Origin: an uncultured Bacillota bacterium
GTDB taxonomy: Bacteria > Bacillota > Dehalobacteriia > UBA4068 > UBA4997
NCBI GenBank assembly: GCA_948907985.1
Contig: CAQWMM010000002.1
Coordinates: 7,660 to 71,659 of the forward strand
DNA length: 64,000 nucleotides
Reading direction: 5' to 3'
Part shown: positions 10,468-19,846 of the stretch, one piece after another
Numbering within the stretch: the first letter of the stretch is position 1
Layout: each line of letters opens with the position of its first letter
Notes under the pieces: model-generated
What the model saw: the letters and a program-made list of their open reading frames with translations, nothing else
What the model was told of the DNA's origin: nothing
The model's database searches: none
Program-made: the position numbers and the translations under genes

Positions 10468-11268
10468 ATGCAGAATAAACAGCAGGACGATATAAAAAAG
10501 GTTTTGACGATTGCCGGTACCGACTGCTCCGGCGGCGCCGGTATTCAGGCCGATATTAAAACGATTATTATGCACCGGGCCTATGCCATGAGCGTGATAA
10601 CTGCCATGACGGCGCAGAATACTATGGGGGTGCGCGCTATTCAGGAGGCCGAACCACATTTTGTGGCCAGCCAGCTGGAGGCCGTTTTTGAAGACATCCC
10701 GCCGGACGCGGTGAAGATCGGCATGACCTTTAACAGCCAGATTATTATGACGATTGCCCTGAACCTGCGCCGTTTCGGGGCAAAAAATATTGTGTTGGAC
10801 CCGGTTATGGTGGCGGAAAGCGGCGGCAAGCTGATGCAGGACGAGGCCGAAAGCGCGCTGGTTAAATATCTGCTTCCCCTCGCCGATATGGTTACCCCCA
10901 ATCTGCACGAGGCCGGCAAGCTGACGGGCCGGGTTATTCAAACCGAGGAGGATATGGCCTGGGCGGCGGAGAAAATCAGCGAGCTGACCCCCGGCGCGGT
11001 GCTGATTAAGGGCGGCCATCTGGCGGGGGACAACGCCTGTGATCTGCTCTATTGCCAGGGGCAAAGTTTTTGGTTTAAAAGCCCGCGTATTGCTAACCCA
11101 AACAGCCACGGCACCGGCTGCACCATGTCGTCGGCCATTGCCTGCCATCTGGCGGCCGGAGCGCCGCCGGCTAAGGCGGTCTATAAGGCCAAACAGTATT
11201 TACTGCGCGCCTTAAAGGCCAACCTTGATCTGGGGCAGGGGCGGGGGCCGCTAAATCATTATGTTTAA
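10468..11268 (+). CDS. thiD: hydroxymethylpyrimidine/phosphomethylpyrimidine kinase
   Basis: 266 aa with GTDCSGGAGIQADIKT and C-terminal GTGCTMSSAIA motifs. GGGGGA SD. Confidence 0.9.
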   Translation: MQNKQQDDIKKVLTIAGTDCSGGAGIQADIKTIIMHRAYAMSVITAMTAQNTMGVRAIQEAEPHFVASQLEAVFEDIPPDAVKIGMTFNSQIIMTIALNLRRFGAKNIVLDPVMVAESGGKLMQDEAESALVKYLLPLADMVTPNLHEAGKLTGRVIQTEEDMAWAAEKISELTPGAVLIKGGHLAGDNACDLLYCQGQSFWFKSPRIANPNSHGTGCTMSSAIACHLAAGAPPAKAVYKAKQYLLRALKANLDLGQGRGPLNHYV

Positions 11269-12559
11269 AAAACTGGTTATCGCCGGGGCCGGAGCCGCCG
11301 GGCTGATTGCGGCTGTTCAGGCCGCCGAAGAGGCCGCGCGGCGCGGCCTGAAGTTGCATATCGTCCTGCTGGAAAAACTGCCGCGCCCCGGCAAAAAACT
11401 GCTGGCCACCGGCAATGGCCGCTGCAATATCGCCAATGTCAACGCGTCCCGGGCAAATTACTTTAACGCGGCCGGGCAAAATCCGGCCTTTGTGCAGCCG
11501 GCCCTGCAAAAATTCCCGCAGGGTGATAATCTGGCCTTTTTCCACCGGCTGGGCCTGCTGACCAAGCAGGAGGAAAACGGCAAAATGTATCCGCTTAGCG
11601 ATCAGGCGGCGGCGGTGCTGGATTGTCTGCGTCTGCGGCTGGCCGCGCCGCTGCCGGCCAATGTTGCGCTGGAGATTAGCGCGCCGGCAGAAATTGTCGG
11701 GCTGCAAAGCCGGCCCGGCGGCGGGTTTGCGCTGGCCCTGGCGGGCGGTTTGCCGGCAGTGGCGGCGGATGCGGTTATTCTGGCTTTGGGCGGTCTGGCC
11801 TCGCCGCAGTTGAGCAATTCCCGGGGGTTCGACCGGCTTTTGCAGCCGCTGGGGCTTAAAGCAACCCGTCTTTATCCGGCGCTGACGCAGCTGAAAATTG
11901 CCGGCCCTTTGCCCAAAGCCTTGCAGGGGATTAAATTTAACGGTCAGGTGCGCCTTTGCCAGCAGGGCAAATGCCTGGCGGCGGAAAAGGGCGAAGTGCT
12001 TTTTGCCGCCTACGGCCTGTCCGGCCCGCCGGTTTTGCAGCTTTCCCGACTGGTTAGCCAAAACTTTTATGATAATCCTCGGCCCTTGCCCCAAACAGTG
12101 GAACTAGACCTGCTGCCGGCTTTCTCCGCAGAGGAGATTTTGGTGGAACTGCAAAGCCGGTGCGGTCTGCCGCTGGCCTTAGAGGACTTTTTAACCGGTA
12201 TGCTGAACAAGCGGCTGGGCCAGCAGTTAATCAAGCTGCTGCCGGGGCGCTCGCTGGCCGAGCCGGCCTCGGCGCTTACGGCGGGCGATTTGGCGCGTCT
12301 GGCCGGGCTGATCAAAGCGCTGCCGTTGGAGGTCAGCGGGGTAGTGGGCTGGGAGCGGGCGCAGGTTATGGCCGGGGGGCTGGCGCTGAAAGATTTTGAC
12401 AGCCAGACTTTGGCCTCGCGCCGGACGCCGGGGCTTTTTGCCGCCGGCGAAATTCTGGACGTCTGCGGCGACTGCGGCGGCTATAATTTAAGCTGGGCCT
12501 GGAGCAGCGGCCGGCTGGCGGCGCTTTCGGCGGTTAAATATTTGGAGGAGCAGTTATGA
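11261..12559 (+). CDS. NAD(P)/FAD-dependent oxidoreductase, HI0933/YhiN-like flavoprotein
   Basis: 432 aa with N-terminal GAGAAGL dinucleotide fold and C-terminal FAAGEILDVCGDCGGYNL. Start overlaps the thiD stop. Confidence 0.7.
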   Translation: MFKKLVIAGAGAAGLIAAVQAAEEAARRGLKLHIVLLEKLPRPGKKLLATGNGRCNIANVNASRANYFNAAGQNPAFVQPALQKFPQGDNLAFFHRLGLLTKQEENGKMYPLSDQAAAVLDCLRLRLAAPLPANVALEISAPAEIVGLQSRPGGGFALALAGGLPAVAADAVILALGGLASPQLSNSRGFDRLLQPLGLKATRLYPALTQLKIAGPLPKALQGIKFNGQVRLCQQGKCLAAEKGEVLFAAYGLSGPPVLQLSRLVSQNFYDNPRPLPQTVELDLLPAFSAEEILVELQSRCGLPLALEDFLTGMLNKRLGQQLIKLLPGRSLAEPASALTAGDLARLAGLIKALPLEVSGVVGWERAQVMAGGLALKDFDSQTLASRRTPGLFAAGEILDVCGDCGGYNLSWAWSSGRLAALSAVKYLEEQL

Positions 12560-14190
12560 TAAAAATTGCGCAGTTGCGGCTGGACCTGCCCGGCGAAGAA
12601 AACTCTCTGCTGGAGGCAGCAGCCAAAAAGCTGCATATTCGGGCTGAGCAAATTCAGAAATGGCGGATTCTGCATAAAAGCGTGGACGCCCGGCGCAAGG
12701 ATGACGTTCATCTGGTTTACGCTTTGGCCTTAACTTTGCCGGGCCGTCTGGAGCGCAGTCTGCTGGCCAATCCGCGGCTCAATGGCCGGGTGCAGCCGGT
12801 GGCGGAGCCGGAATTGCCGGAGCCTGTCCCGGCGGCGGGGCTTTTTAAGAACCCGCCGGTGGTGGCCGGGGCCGGGCCGGCCGGGCTTTTTGCCGCTCTT
12901 TGGCTGGCTAAGGCCGGGGCCTGCCCAATCCTGCTGGAGCGGGGCGAAAATGTTGACGCGCGTACTGCGGCGGTGGAAAATTTTTGGCGCGGCGGCGCTT
13001 TGCAGCCCCAAAGCAACGTACAATTTGGCGAGGGCGGCGCGGGCGCTTTTTCGGACGGCAAGCTGACGACCAACACCAAAGATCCGCGCAACCGGATTGT
13101 TTTGCAGGAACTGGCGGCAGCCGGCGCGCCGCCGGAGATTTTATATTTAGCCAAGCCCCATATCGGTACCGATATTTTGCGGCAGGTGGTTAAAAACCTG
13201 CGCCGGCGGATTATTGCATTGGGCGGCGAGGTGCGTTTTGGCCACCGTTTGTGCGGCCTGCGCCGGGATTTGGGCGGCAAATTAAGCGCCGCCGAGGTGG
13301 CTACGGCCGACGGCGGCTATTGGCTGCCTGCCGACCATTTGATTTTGGCAATCGGCCACAGCGCGCGGGATACCTTTAGCCTGCTGGCGCAAATGGGCTT
13401 GGCGATGCAGCCCAAGCCCTTTGCAGTCGGCGTGCGGATTGAACATCTTCAGGCCGACCTGAACCGGGCGCAGTACGGCGGTTTTGCCAATTATGTTGCG
13501 GCGGGGGCGCTGCCCCCGGCTGATTATAAACTGGCCGTGCATTTGGCGGAGCGGACGGTTTACAGCTTTTGTATGTGTCCGGGCGGTCAGGTGGTGGGCG
13601 CGGCCTCGGAGCAAGGGGGCGTGGTTACTAACGGCATGAGCCTGCACGCCAGAGCCGGCGCCAATGCTAACGCGGCCTTGCTGGTGAACGTCGGCCCGGC
13701 GGACTTTCCCCGGCAGAGCGGCTGGCCGCCGGAGTTGGCCGGCGTGGCCTTGCAGCGCCAGCTGGAACAGGCCGCTTTTCAAATGGCCGGCGCGGATTAT
13801 TGGGCGCCGGCGCAGCTGGTTGGCGATTTTTTGGCCGGTCGGGTTAGCCGGGGTTTTGGCCGGGTGCAGCCCAGTTATCAGCCCGGCGTGCGTCCGGCGG
13901 ATCTGGCTGGGCTTTTGCCGTCTTTGGCTGCTGACGCGCTTAGGGCGGGCCTGCCCCGGCTGGCGGATCGGCTGCCGCTGTTTGCGGATAAAGAGGCGGT
14001 GCTTACCGCGCCGGAAACCCGTTCGTCTTCGCCGGTGCGCCTGCTTAGAGATCCGCAGAGCGGCCAAAGCCTGAACTGCCCCGGTTTGTTCCCCTGCGGC
14101 GAGGGGGCCGGTTACGCCGGGGGAATTGTTTCGGCGGCGGCGGACGGCCTGCGCATGGCCGAGGCGGTTTTAAAAGCCGCCGGCCAGTGA
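12556..14190 (+). CDS. FAD-dependent dehydrogenase (COG2509-like, uncharacterised)
   Basis: 544 aa with VVAGAGPAGLFAAL Rossmann motif, FGEGGAGAFSDGKL and C-terminal PCGEGAGYAGGI. ATGA overlap with the upstream gene. Confidence 0.7.
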   Translation: MIKIAQLRLDLPGEENSLLEAAAKKLHIRAEQIQKWRILHKSVDARRKDDVHLVYALALTLPGRLERSLLANPRLNGRVQPVAEPELPEPVPAAGLFKNPPVVAGAGPAGLFAALWLAKAGACPILLERGENVDARTAAVENFWRGGALQPQSNVQFGEGGAGAFSDGKLTTNTKDPRNRIVLQELAAAGAPPEILYLAKPHIGTDILRQVVKNLRRRIIALGGEVRFGHRLCGLRRDLGGKLSAAEVATADGGYWLPADHLILAIGHSARDTFSLLAQMGLAMQPKPFAVGVRIEHLQADLNRAQYGGFANYVAAGALPPADYKLAVHLAERTVYSFCMCPGGQVVGAASEQGGVVTNGMSLHARAGANANAALLVNVGPADFPRQSGWPPELAGVALQRQLEQAAFQMAGADYWAPAQLVGDFLAGRVSRGFGRVQPSYQPGVRPADLAGLLPSLAADALRAGLPRLADRLPLFADKEAVLTAPETRSSSPVRLLRDPQSGQSLNCPGLFPCGEGAGYAGGIVSAAADGLRMAEAVLKAAGQ

Positions 14191-14206
14191 TTGCCGGCTG
14201 GGCGGG

Positions 14207-15073
14207 TTAGCTGCCAAAGCCATAGGCGGCGGCGTCCAGCGGTTCGCCGTCCAGCGTCAGTTCCCAGTGCAGGTGCGGGGCCAGTTCATCTTCAAAAGGC
14301 GGCGGGGCGCAAAGCTCGCCCAGTTTTTCGCCGGCAATAACCTGCTGGCCTTTTTGCAGCCCGGGCTGAACAGTCAGGCCAAAATAAGCGCTTTCCAGCT
14401 TGCCGTCATGCTCCAGTACAATGCTTTGCCCCAGAAAAGAATCGTCGCTGATCTCTTTAACCGTGCCGGCCAGCGGCGCTAAAACCGCCGCCCCCAGGCT
14501 GCCGGCCAGATCAACGGCGCCGTGGAAACGATAATCGTCAAAGGCCGCGTCATAGCCGTAGCCAAAGCCGCGCAGAATTCCGTTGCTGCCTTGCAGCATG
14601 CCGCTTAAGGGGGGCGTCATGCGGTGCAGGTTGGCCTCCACCGTCAGCAGTTCGTCGCCAACCCAAGGCTCCGGCGCGTTGTCGATAACTTCGTTTTCAG
14701 TCGGATCGTTTGGCGGCTGCGGGGTTTTGTCTGCGGTTTGGGGCGCGGGCGTTTCGTCCGTTTGCTCCGGCGTTATGGTTTCTTCCGGCTCGGTGGCAGT
14801 TTCCGGTTTGCGGACGTTGTCCGGCAGGGTCGCCATGGCCGGCATGCTTATTTGGGTATCCTCGCCTATGTGGGCCTGAAGCTGTTCGGCCAGATTGACT
14901 GTTTTTTCTGCCCGCAGGGGGGCAATCTGCGCCTGCCGCGCGGCGTTGTTAGCCTCCGGGCGCGCGCCGCCAAAGACGGCCACCGCGCCTACGGCCAGCA
15001 CCAGGCCGCCCAGAACCGCCCAACGCATTAACAGCAAATTTGTTTTCAGCTTGTCCGGCTTAAATTTCAGCAT
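14207..15073 (-). CDS. M23/LytM family peptidase with N-terminal TM segment, possible SpoIIQ
   Basis: FHGAVDL and PHLHWEL metal-binding motifs, N-terminal membrane anchor and a P/T/E-rich linker. Lies immediately downstream of spoIID, as spoIIQ does in Clostridia (recalled synteny). Confidence 0.6.
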   Translation of the reverse strand: MLKFKPDKLKTNLLLMRWAVLGGLVLAVGAVAVFGGARPEANNAARQAQIAPLRAEKTVNLAEQLQAHIGEDTQISMPAMATLPDNVRKPETATEPEETITPEQTDETPAPQTADKTPQPPNDPTENEVIDNAPEPWVGDELLTVEANLHRMTPPLSGMLQGSNGILRGFGYGYDAAFDDYRFHGAVDLAGSLGAAVLAPLAGTVKEISDDSFLGQSIVLEHDGKLESAYFGLTVQPGLQKGQQVIAGEKLGELCAPPPFEDELAPHLHWELTLDGEPLDAAAYGFGS

Positions 15074-15134
15074 AAAACCACTCCTTTTGTGAAATAATTA
15101 TTTTGAGATAATTATGGCACGGCGGAGTGGTTTT
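15074..15134 (-). promoter_or_regulatory. long-range hairpin pairing the M23 gene SD with an upstream anti-SD
   Basis: aaaaccactcc (15074-15084, complement of the SD GGAGTGG plus Us) is perfectly complementary over 11 nt to ggagtggtttt (15124-15134). The 39-nt AT-rich loop contains two copies of the palindrome ataattat. Confidence 0.4.
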
Positions 15135-15142
15135 TATACTTC

Positions 15143-16111
15143 TTAAGCGTCGGAATCAGCCAAATCTTCAATACTCACAATATCGCAGCCGGCGTAATAT
15201 ACCGCCAGAATCTGCCGCCAGCTGTAGCCCTGCGCCGCCAGACCGCCGGCCCCCTGCTGGCACAGGCCCACGCCGTGGCCGCGCCCCAGGCTGGTGAACC
15301 AAAAGCCCTCTTTGGCTTCCAGCCAGGCGAAGTTGGCCGAGGGCAGGCTGAGCAGCTGCCGAAAGTCGCTGCCCGTCCAGCGTTGGCTGCCGCAGCGGAC
15401 TTCTTTAACCCGGCCGCTGGGCGTGTTTTGGGCAATATAGAGCAGAGCAAGCTGGCTGACTGGTACCTCCAGACGCTCGGCCAGCTGTTCTTTGGGCCAA
15501 AAGCTGCCGCTTACCGGGCAGTTTGTGTCCCAATAGCAGGCGGCGGCGGGATAATAGCTGCTGCCTCCCCAGCAGGCGGCGCTGGTTTCCGTTTGGCCGC
15601 CGCAGCAGGCGTGGAAATAGGCCGGCACTATTTGGCCGTCTTTAGCCAGTACCAGACCGTAGGTGTTCTCGCTGGCCTGGCGGAGTTTGTTTTCATATTC
15701 GCCAAAAGCGCCGCCGAAGCGTTTGCGCCGGCCGGCCTCATCCAGGTAGGCCAGACAGTGGGTGCTGTCGTCGCAGATTTCGCCCGTGCTCCGGTATTTT
15801 TGCCAGGCATAGGTTCGGGCGGCCACCGCCTGAGCCGCCAGAGCCTCCTCACCATAAGCGGCCGGCATTTCTGCCGCCACAAAACCCACCACCGCCTCTT
15901 CCAGATCAATTTCTGTTGTCTGCGGTGCGTCCTGGCCGTCGGCGGTGCGTGTCAGCTGCAAATAATAATGCTGACGTTCATCTTCTGCCGGCGGTTTTTT
16001 TTGCCAAAAATCTGGCAGGGTTAAACCAAAATGCTGAAAAAGCCAATATAACAGCAGCAATGCGGCCAGCGCGCTTAAAAGCGGCCCCAGCCAAACGGTT
16101 TTGTGGCGCAT
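15143..16111 (-). CDS. spoIID: stage II sporulation protein D (SpoIID/LytB domain lytic transglycosylase)
   Basis: AAEMPAAYGEEALAAQAVAARTYA, HACCGGQTE and GHGVGLCQQGA motifs. Start placed at the ATG 16111, which has GGGGGAGG 8 nt upstream. The track TTG at 16129 overlaps that SD. Confidence 0.85.
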   Translation of the reverse strand: MRHKTVWLGPLLSALAALLLLYWLFQHFGLTLPDFWQKKPPAEDERQHYYLQLTRTADGQDAPQTTEIDLEEAVVGFVAAEMPAAYGEEALAAQAVAARTYAWQKYRSTGEICDDSTHCLAYLDEAGRRKRFGGAFGEYENKLRQASENTYGLVLAKDGQIVPAYFHACCGGQTETSAACWGGSSYYPAAACYWDTNCPVSGSFWPKEQLAERLEVPVSQLALLYIAQNTPSGRVKEVRCGSQRWTGSDFRQLLSLPSANFAWLEAKEGFWFTSLGRGHGVGLCQQGAGGLAAQGYSWRQILAVYYAGCDIVSIEDLADSDA

Positions 16112-16141
16112 AAGCAGAACCTCCCCCAAAAAACATATTAA

Positions 16142-16167
16142 AATTTATGGTTGAGCCGCCAAAATAT
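16142..16167 (-). promoter_or_regulatory. possible sigma-E type promoter for spoIID
   Basis: On the minus strand, ATATT (16167-16163), 13-nt spacer, CATAAATT (16149-16142). This resembles the recalled sigma-E consensus ATATT-N13/14-CATACAnT. By-eye match only. Confidence 0.25.
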
Positions 16168-16303
16168 CCCGGCAAAAATAAGCTTTATTCTGCTTGAAAA
16201 CCTTGTTTTTACGGATGTTTTGTGTTATGATATAATTTAACGTCAAGTTTTTTTGTTGGTATAGTGTACAGACGTAAAGAAAACAGGGAAAGGTAGTTTA
16301 ATA

Positions 16304-18547
16304 ATGATGAAGAAAAAATTTTGTGCAGTTATGGCGCTGCTGTTTTGTTTACTGCCCGGTTTGGCCTGGGCGGATGAAACCGCGCCCGATGTGGCCGGCG
16401 CTGGCCAGCAAGCTGAACAGGGGGAGCCGGATAATGCGGCGGAAGAGCAGCAGCCCGGCGAACCGTCAGACGAGCAGCAGCCGGCGGACGGTCAGACGGA
16501 GCAGCCGGAACAACCGGGGGATGAACAGGATAATCCCCCCCTGCAGCCTGCCGGCGCCATTGTCGATCCGGCGCTGAATCAGGTTAAGCTGACGCTGGAC
16601 AGCAAATGGGCGCTGGTGCGGGGGCAAAGCCAACAGATTGAGGCCGCGCCGCTGACGATTAACGATACTACCATGCTGCCGCTGCGTTTTATCGCGCAGG
16701 ATATTTTGAACGCGCAGGTGGATTGGAACGCCGAAACCAAACAGGTTAAGGTTATTCGCGGCCAGCTTGCCCTGTTGGTGGATTTGACGGCCGGACAGGT
16801 TTGGGTGGGCGATCAGCCCTACGCGATGGCGGTTCCGCCCACGGTTATTGACGATCGCACCTACATTCCGCTGCGCCTGATAACCGAACTGATGGATTGC
16901 CAGGTGCAGTATGATCCGCAGGAGCACAGCATTTTAATTACGTTGCCGCCGGAATACGAGCCGGAGCCGCCGGTGGCGGATATTTCCTATCGCCCGGCCA
17001 CGGCCGGCCAGACTGTTGAATATGACGACCGCAGTTATGATCCGCAAAATCTGCCGATTATTGAGCGGGAGTGGACGGTTACGGACAGCCAGGGGCAGAG
17101 TAAAAGCGGCGAAAGTCTATACTGGCTTTTTTATCAAAAGCAGGGCGGCGATTATGTGATCGGCTACCGTGTGAAGAACTCTCTGGGGCTGTGGAGCGAG
17201 CCAGTGGTGGTTGATTTTCGGCTGGAGGACAACCGTCCGCCGGCAATTACCCGTCTTTCGGCGCTGCAAACCGAGGTGGCCGTTGGCCAGCGGGTGGATA
17301 TATCCTATTTGTATGATAACGAAGAATGGGAAGATCTGACCAGTATTAACTTCAGCTATTTCTGGGAGGATGATAAGGGCAATAAGATTACCAAGCTGGG
17401 CAAGCCGGCGGCCTTTTTCCGGCCGGGCACGCACACTGTCAGCCTGCGTTTGCAGGATGCTTTCGGCCAGTGGAGCGAACCCGAGGAACTGGTTTTTGAG
17501 GTTAGCGACAAAATTATGGCAACCGAAGCGCAATTCCGTTTTCATAATCCCAGCCCCGGCGAAATTTTTCTGAACCTGTCCCGGTTCAATTTCAGCGGGC
17601 TGGCGCAGGCGCAGACTACCGCTTTGCAAGCCCAGAACGTGGTACTTCTGGACAGCAACAGCCCGGAGAAAGTATCCGCTCCCGGCGTGCTTTATAAAGA
17701 TACGGCCAGCGGCAATATTTCGGTGCATTATCACCATTTGAACAACACCGCCGGCAATTTGAAAATTCACATGGTGGCGCATAACGAAACTGACGCGCCG
17801 CTGACCTTTACCATCGGCAAGCTGGGTTTCGCCGGCCCCTCGCAGGACCCCATGCAGGTGGGCTATATTGAAAACCAGAACTATCTTGGCTCCACCGCCC
17901 TGAATCGCACTGTAACCTTGCAGCCGGGCGAAAAATATCTGCTGAACGCCGACCAGAAAATGGAACTTAAACCTGATTATTTGCAATCCGGTTTGGTGGA
18001 TATTTACACCGAGGGCCGGCTGACGGTGGCCGTTGCCGCGATGTATCCGGACAGCGACTGGCGCAACTACACCTATTTAAGCCCGCTTAATTCTGCGCCG
18101 CCGCAAAGCCGCGGCACCTATCAGAACGCGGCCTATGACGCCAGTATAACCGTTGGCGGCGAGTCGCAAAAGATTATGCTGGGTTATCCCGAATCTTTTG
18201 CCGGTTTTATTGGCAATTATCTGTTGCAGGGCGTGGACGCGCTGACCGGCGGGGCGACGGAAAACAAGGGCAACTACGGCGTGGTGCATACGCTGCATAT
18301 CACTGCTACTGAACGCTGCGGTTTGTTGATTAATCCGCGCGGTTCCATTTACCGCGGCGCGTTGCTGTTTAACGGCGAGGTCTGCAAGCTTAGCGCTACC
18401 GATCAGATCCAAACCAACCATGAAGCGGTGGTCATCGGCATTATCGAGGCCGGCGAAACTGCCACCGTAACCTATATTTCGCCGGACGGCTCGGACTCGC
18501 CGGCCCTGCTGGTGGCAATCCCGGAAAAGGAATGGCAGAACTATTAA
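16304..18547 (+). CDS. secreted protein with copper amine oxidase N-terminal-like (stalk) domain and Ig/PKD-like repeats
   Basis: Signal peptide MMKKKFCAVMALLFCLLPGLAWA, an acidic Q/E/P-rich linker and stalk-domain motifs (TMLPLRFIAQDL..., TYIPLRLITELM). Two repeats end in G(L/Q)WSEP. C-terminal half unrecognised. Confidence 0.65.
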   Translation: MMKKKFCAVMALLFCLLPGLAWADETAPDVAGAGQQAEQGEPDNAAEEQQPGEPSDEQQPADGQTEQPEQPGDEQDNPPLQPAGAIVDPALNQVKLTLDSKWALVRGQSQQIEAAPLTINDTTMLPLRFIAQDILNAQVDWNAETKQVKVIRGQLALLVDLTAGQVWVGDQPYAMAVPPTVIDDRTYIPLRLITELMDCQVQYDPQEHSILITLPPEYEPEPPVADISYRPATAGQTVEYDDRSYDPQNLPIIEREWTVTDSQGQSKSGESLYWLFYQKQGGDYVIGYRVKNSLGLWSEPVVVDFRLEDNRPPAITRLSALQTEVAVGQRVDISYLYDNEEWEDLTSINFSYFWEDDKGNKITKLGKPAAFFRPGTHTVSLRLQDAFGQWSEPEELVFEVSDKIMATEAQFRFHNPSPGEIFLNLSRFNFSGLAQAQTTALQAQNVVLLDSNSPEKVSAPGVLYKDTASGNISVHYHHLNNTAGNLKIHMVAHNETDAPLTFTIGKLGFAGPSQDPMQVGYIENQNYLGSTALNRTVTLQPGEKYLLNADQKMELKPDYLQSGLVDIYTEGRLTVAVAAMYPDSDWRNYTYLSPLNSAPPQSRGTYQNAAYDASITVGGESQKIMLGYPESFAGFIGNYLLQGVDALTGGATENKGNYGVVHTLHITATERCGLLINPRGSIYRGALLFNGEVCKLSATDQIQTNHEAVVIGIIEAGETATVTYISPDGSDSPALLVAIPEKEWQNY

Positions 18548-18564
18548 TAATGGGGGAAACAGCA

Positions 18565-19080
18565 ATGCAGAATTACGATTTTTTGTCAAAATTCAGCAAG
18601 GATGAGCTGATTAAACTGATTGAAAATTATGCCAAAAACTGGCTGGCGATGGATGGGGTTTGGTTTCAATCTGTGGAGCGCAAAAACGGTATGGATGCGG
18701 CGATGTTCCATGATTTGGAGGTTTGGCGCAGCTTTACGGTGATTGAGGCCAAACGGATTAAGGAGTTTCTGCACCTGGGTGAGCAGCCGGGGCTAGTCGG
18801 CCTGGCGCAGGCTTTGCAGCTTCGTTTTTACGCCAATATTAACGAGGCGCAAACTGAACTTTGTGAGGATAAGCTGATTTATACCATGACGCAATGCCGG
18901 GTGCAGACGGCGCGCGCCAGGAAAGGTCTGCCTTTCCACCCTTGCAAGGCGGTGGGCGTGATTGAATACGGCGATTTTGCCAAAACTATTGACAGCCGTA
19001 TTCAGTGCCGCTGCCTAAGCTGCTATCCGGATGTTGATGATGATAGCTGTTGCTGCAAATGGGAGTTTACCCTGCATTAA
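18565..19080 (+). CDS. DUF6125-like protein with Cys-rich C-terminus
   Basis: 171 aa. NWLAMDGVWFQSVE matches my recollection of DUF6125. Ends CRCLSCYPDVDDDSCCCKWEF. Start placed at the ATG 18565, 7 nt after GGGGGA. Confidence 0.5.
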   Translation: MQNYDFLSKFSKDELIKLIENYAKNWLAMDGVWFQSVERKNGMDAAMFHDLEVWRSFTVIEAKRIKEFLHLGEQPGLVGLAQALQLRFYANINEAQTELCEDKLIYTMTQCRVQTARARKGLPFHPCKAVGVIEYGDFAKTIDSRIQCRCLSCYPDVDDDSCCCKWEFTLH

Positions 19081-19141
19081 ACCATACATATAATTCGGTC
19101 GCTTAGCTCGATTTAGTGGCCGGATTTTTTTGTAAAAACAC

Positions 19142-19170
19142 TTGATTTATACATATCAAATGTGTATAAT
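19142..19170 (+). promoter_or_regulatory. hicAB promoter with overlapping palindromic operator
   Basis: TTGATT (19142-19147), 17-nt spacer, TATAAT (19165-19170). The spacer carries a perfect inverted repeat TATACA-N9-TGTATA (19148-19168). Confidence 0.5.
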
Positions 19171-19191
19171 AAATTTGCGGGAGGGTTGGAT

Positions 19192-19365
19192 ATGAAAAGG
19201 CGGGATTTAATTAAACTTTTGGAAAAAAATGGCTGGTGGTTTAAGCGTGATGGCGCTAATCATGATATTTACACAAATGGAATAGATTGTGAACCAATAT
19301 CCCGACAGCGAGAAATAAAGGAAAGCGTGGCCAGGGCGATTATTAAAAGGCGTGGTCTAAAATAA
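19192..19365 (+). CDS. hicA: type II toxin HicA (mRNA interferase)
   Basis: 57 aa: MKRRDLIKLLEKNGWWFKRDGANHDIY..., a typical HicA/YcfA fold sequence. GGGAGGG SD before the ATG at 19192. Confidence 0.85.
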   Translation: MKRRDLIKLLEKNGWWFKRDGANHDIYTNGIDCEPISRQREIKESVARAIIKRRGLK

Positions 19366-19383
19366 TAAAGGGGAGTGTGAACA

Positions 19384-19776
19384 ATGAAAGCTGTTTTTCC
19401 GGTAATTTTTACCAAACTTGAAGATGGATATATGGCCTATGTACCTGATATGGACATTAATACGCAGGGTGATGATTTGGCAGAGGCTATTGAAATGGCG
19501 CGCGATGCCATAGGTATAATGGGTATTGATATGGAAGATGAGGGTAAGCCTGTCCCGGCCCCCTCTAAACCGGATCAGATTGTCTGCGGCGTTGGTGAGA
19601 TTGTTTCAATGGTGGACATTGATTTTATGGCTTATCGTCGGGCGAATGAACGGCGGACAGTTAGACGCAATGTTTCTTTGCCGTCCTGGTTGAATGTGGA
19701 GGCCGAAAAAGCCGGGCTTAATGTTTCCGCTGTTTTACAGTCGGCTTTGAAACGAGAGTTGCATATTAACGAATAA
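19384..19776 (+). CDS. hicB: type II antitoxin HicB with C-terminal RHH-like DNA-binding tail
   Basis: 130 aa. FPVIFTKLEDGYMAYVPDMDINTQGDDLAEAIEMARDAI is the HicB N-domain. C-terminal RRNVSLPSWLNVEAEKAGLNVSAVLQSAL looks like CopG/RHH. Confidence 0.85.
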   Translation: MKAVFPVIFTKLEDGYMAYVPDMDINTQGDDLAEAIEMARDAIGIMGIDMEDEGKPVPAPSKPDQIVCGVGEIVSMVDIDFMAYRRANERRTVRRNVSLPSWLNVEAEKAGLNVSAVLQSALKRELHINE

Positions 19777-19780
19777 AAAA

Positions 19781-19817
19781 AGTGCGCCGCCCCTCTTTTG
19801 AAAAGGGGCGGCGCACT
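19781..19817. terminator. bidirectional intrinsic terminator shared by hicB (+) and tRNA-Pro (-)
   Basis: agtgcgccgcccct...aggggcggcgcact GC-rich stem of about 14 bp, flanked by an A-run (19775-19780) and Ts. Confidence 0.7.
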
Positions 19818-19846
19818 GTTGGTCTGGATCATTTCAGCCAGAAAAA

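Noticed and set aside
10218-10478. 86-aa very basic ORF upstream of thiD; the same stretch was also inspected for a TPP riboswitch
   Set aside because: The ORF has no SD, starts at a non-ATG codon, and runs through the thiD promoter and start codon. I also found no THI-box (CTGAGA) or other TPP riboswitch (RF00059) features by eye in 10260-10467.
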